Of a stretch of 676 nucleotides of DNA, positions 1-676 are shown piece by piece. The position numbers were made by a program, and so were the translations under genes. How positions within the stretch are numbered: the first letter of the stretch is position 1; each line of letters begins with the position of its first letter. The notes beneath the pieces were generated by a model. The model was given only the letters and a program-made list of their open reading frames with translations, searched no databases and was not told where the DNA came from. Source of the DNA: Escherichia coli (GTDB lineage Bacteria > Pseudomonadota > Gammaproteobacteria > Enterobacterales > Enterobacteriaceae); assembly GCF_003334385.1 (NCBI RefSeq), contig NZ_QOWN01000152.1; one strand, given 5' to 3'.

Positions 1-42
1 GGGGCGCGGTGTCCAAAGCGATCGTTTTTTACGCCGGATGAT

Positions 43-50
43 CCCCCCCC
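43..50. repeat. C8 homopolymer (G8 on the minus strand), followed by GGG
   Basis: Read directly: eight consecutive C at 43-50, 9-16 nt 3' of the HNH stop codon. Confidence 0.5.
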
Positions 51-58
51 GGGTCGGG

Positions 59-424
59 TTACAGTCCGATGATGTCGTCCGCTCTGCCACTACCTCCGGA
101 CACCTCCGGCAGCGTCGGGTCCGGCATACCACCCGCCGCTTCACGAGCAGACTTTTGTCGATGGCATTCGGTACAGAGCGTCCAGAGATTCGTCTCCTCA
201 TTACCACCACCGAACTGAAGTGCAATTCGGTGATCGAGTTCACTGTCACAGAGGTCAACCACACGACCACAGATACAGCACTGCCCGGCGTCCCTCAGCC
301 AGATATGACGCTTGAGGGAAACACGTGCACTGCCACTGACACGACGCTGCTCCCCCTTCAGAATATTCACCCGTCGGGTATTCAGTGTTTTGATTCTGCT
401 CTGGAGTGTACGAAGCTGAGCCAT
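59..424 (-). CDS. HNH endonuclease (zinc-binding beta-beta-alpha-metal nuclease), 121 aa, complete
   Basis: Minus-strand ORF with ATG at 424-422 and TAA at 61-59. I verified codons by hand: Cys49 (278-280), Asp64-His65 (230-235), Cys84-Thr-Glu-Cys87-His88 (161-175). The protein has the full HNH signature: CxxC (C49/C52), catalytic DH (D64-H65), GGGNEETN with Asn75/Asn79, and a second CxxC-H (C84/C87/H88). An SD-like GGGGA sits 6 nt upstream of the start. Family assignment is motif-based, not from a search. Confidence 0.85.
   Translation of the reverse strand: MAQLRTLQSRIKTLNTRRVNILKGEQRRVSGSARVSLKRHIWLRDAGQCCICGRVVDLCDSELDHRIALQFGGGNEETNLWTLCTECHRQKSAREAAGGMPDPTLPEVSGGSGRADDIIGL
92..111. repeat. 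10-bp tandem direct repeat (ACCTCCGGAC / ACCTCCGGCA) in the HNH 3' tail
   Basis: Read directly: ACCTCCGG occurs at 92-99 and 102-109, each followed by 2 nt. On the minus strand it encodes PEVSGG in the low-complexity C-terminal tail. Confidence 0.45.
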
Positions 425-430
425 GTAAAA

Positions 431-435
431 TCCCC
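431..435 (-). promoter_or_regulatory. SD-like GGGGA for the HNH CDS
   Basis: The minus strand reads CGGGGA-TTTTAC-ATG; the G-rich element lies 6 nt upstream of the ATG at 424. Confidence 0.4.
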
Positions 436-453
436 GTCATATGGCAATCAGTA

Positions 454-458
454 AAGGA
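454..458 (+). promoter_or_regulatory. Shine-Dalgarno (AAGGA) for the CDS starting at 466
   Basis: AAGGA at 454-458 with a 7-nt AT-rich spacer to ATG 466. This supports ATG 466 over the GTG at 406 used by the ORF track. Confidence 0.55.
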
Positions 459-465
459 AATAAAT

Positions 466-666
466 ATGTCATCGAAAAACCGGACCCGCAGAACCACAAC
501 CCGCAATATCCGTTTCCCCAATCACATGATTGAACAGATCAACATCGCCCTTGAGCATAAAGGATCCGGTAACTTTTCAGCGTGGGTTATTGAAGCCTGC
601 AGGAGAAGGCTGGCAACAGATGCAACGCATCTGCGCCCGGCCAGCATGAAAAATAACGAGAAATGA
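466..666 (+). CDS. Small basic ribbon-helix-helix-like DNA-binding protein, DUF3950 (YlcI/YnfO-like) prophage family, 66 aa, complete
   Basis: ATG at 466 is preceded by AAGGA (454-458) with a 7-nt spacer; stop TGA at 664-666. Translation verified codon by codon: MSSKNRTRRTTTRNIRFPNHMIEQINIALEHKGSGNFSAWVIEACRRRLATDATHLRPASMKNNEK. It has an Arg/Thr-rich N-terminal arm, then a strand-like NIRFPNHM segment and a helix-like GSGNFSAWVIEA segment, which matches the Arc/Mnt-type RHH pattern (N-x-R-x-P ... NGRS-x-N-S). The resemblance to E. coli prophage YlcI/YnfO is from memory and is not search-verified. Confidence 0.8.
   Translation: MSSKNRTRRTTTRNIRFPNHMIEQINIALEHKGSGNFSAWVIEACRRRLATDATHLRPASMKNNEK
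617..633. repeat. Perfect 7-bp inverted repeat with 3-nt spacer (CAGATGC-AAC-GCATCTG)
   Basis: Read directly: 617-623 CAGATGC is the exact reverse complement of 627-633 GCATCTG. It lies inside the 3' end of the 466..666 CDS (codons ATDATHL), about 30 bp upstream of the putative downstream start. Its existence is certain; its function is unknown. Confidence 0.5.
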
Positions 667-676
667 ACGTTCGGTT
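663..676 (+). CDS. Possible 5' end of a downstream gene (M-N-V-R...), truncated by the window edge; possibly terminase small subunit by synteny
   Basis: ATG at 663-665 overlaps the TGA stop of the upstream gene (ATGA), a classic translational-coupling arrangement. Only 14 nt are visible, so the product cannot be verified. The terminase suggestion rests solely on remembered synteny (ylcI-nohD in DLP12, ynfO next to nohA in Qin). Confidence 0.3.

Noticed and set aside
1-35. Possible intrinsic terminator (GC-rich segment, CGATCG, then T6 at 25-30)
   Set aside because: No hairpin with a loop can be drawn from the visible bases. CGATCG is a loopless 6-bp palindrome, and any stem would need sequence left of the window. 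It might terminate an unseen upstream plus-strand gene, but this is unsupported here.
40-61. Terminator for the HNH gene on the minus strand
   Set aside because: The minus-strand RNA after the stop can form only a 4-bp CCCG/CGGG stem and is followed by G-rich sequence rather than a U-run. The A6 at 25-30 is not preceded by a stable hairpin.
38-454. Plus-strand 138-aa ORF from the six-frame track
   Set aside because: It lies entirely antisense to the HNH gene, whose motifs are unambiguous. Its product is Thr/Arg-rich with no recognisable motif and has no SD before ATG 38. It is most likely a shadow ORF.
406-465. GTG start at 406 for the plus-strand gene, as used by the ORF track
   Set aside because: It would overlap the HNH start codon on the other strand and add 20 non-conserved-looking residues. 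ATG 466 has a well-spaced AAGGA, and the protein beginning MSSKNRTRR matches the usual length and basic arm of small RHH proteins.
255-521. Minus-strand 88-aa ORF from the six-frame track
   Set aside because: It overlaps both confident genes out of frame and spans the intergenic RBS region. It has no motif and no plausible RBS, so I treat it as spurious.
59-666. Toxin-antitoxin interpretation (RHH antitoxin plus HNH nuclease toxin)
   Set aside because: The genes are divergent rather than co-transcribed. The RHH protein has no extended C-terminal toxin-binding region, and by remembered synteny this family accompanies terminase genes rather than toxins. Autoregulation of the divergent region by the RHH protein remains possible but is covered in the findings.
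1-676. Cluster of 6-bp restriction-type palindromes (CGATCG 19-24, CCCGGG 48-53, CATATG 438-443, GGATCC 562-567, CTGCAG 596-601) suggesting a cloning vector or polylinker
   Set aside because: The sites are scattered through coding sequence that translates cleanly, not concentrated in a polylinker. This many hexamer palindromes is unremarkable over 676 bp.
1-676. CRISPR repeats, tRNA or other structured RNA genes, IS or transposon ends, Chi sites
   Set aside because: There are no regularly spaced direct repeats and no cloverleaf-compatible segment. No terminal inverted repeats flank either gene, and neither GCTGGTGG nor its complement is present.

Overview
This 676-bp window reads as a compact piece of tailed-phage or prophage DNA, probably from an enterobacterial lambdoid element near the lysis-packaging junction, and I see no multi-gene novel system in it. 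It holds two complete small genes in divergent orientation. On the minus strand (424 down to 59) is a 121-aa HNH endonuclease with a complete zinc-finger HNH signature. On the plus strand (466..666) is a 66-aa basic protein with a ribbon-helix-helix-like (Arc/Mnt-type) signature, which I recognise from memory as the prophage YlcI/YnfO (DUF3950) family. Its stop overlaps an ATG at 663 (ATGA), suggesting a translationally coupled downstream gene cut off by the window end, plausibly a terminase small subunit by synteny. The two starts are separated by only 41 bp of AT-rich DNA containing both ribosome-binding sites and no convincing sigma-70 promoter. The points worth a second look are the opposite-strand, moron-like placement of the HNH gene, the uncharacterised RHH protein coupled to the putative packaging gene, a 17-bp hyphenated palindrome inside the 3' end of that gene, a 10-bp tandem duplication in the HNH tail, and a C8 homopolymer just 3' of the HNH stop. 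All calls rest on reading the sequence by eye plus remembered family knowledge; no database search was run.
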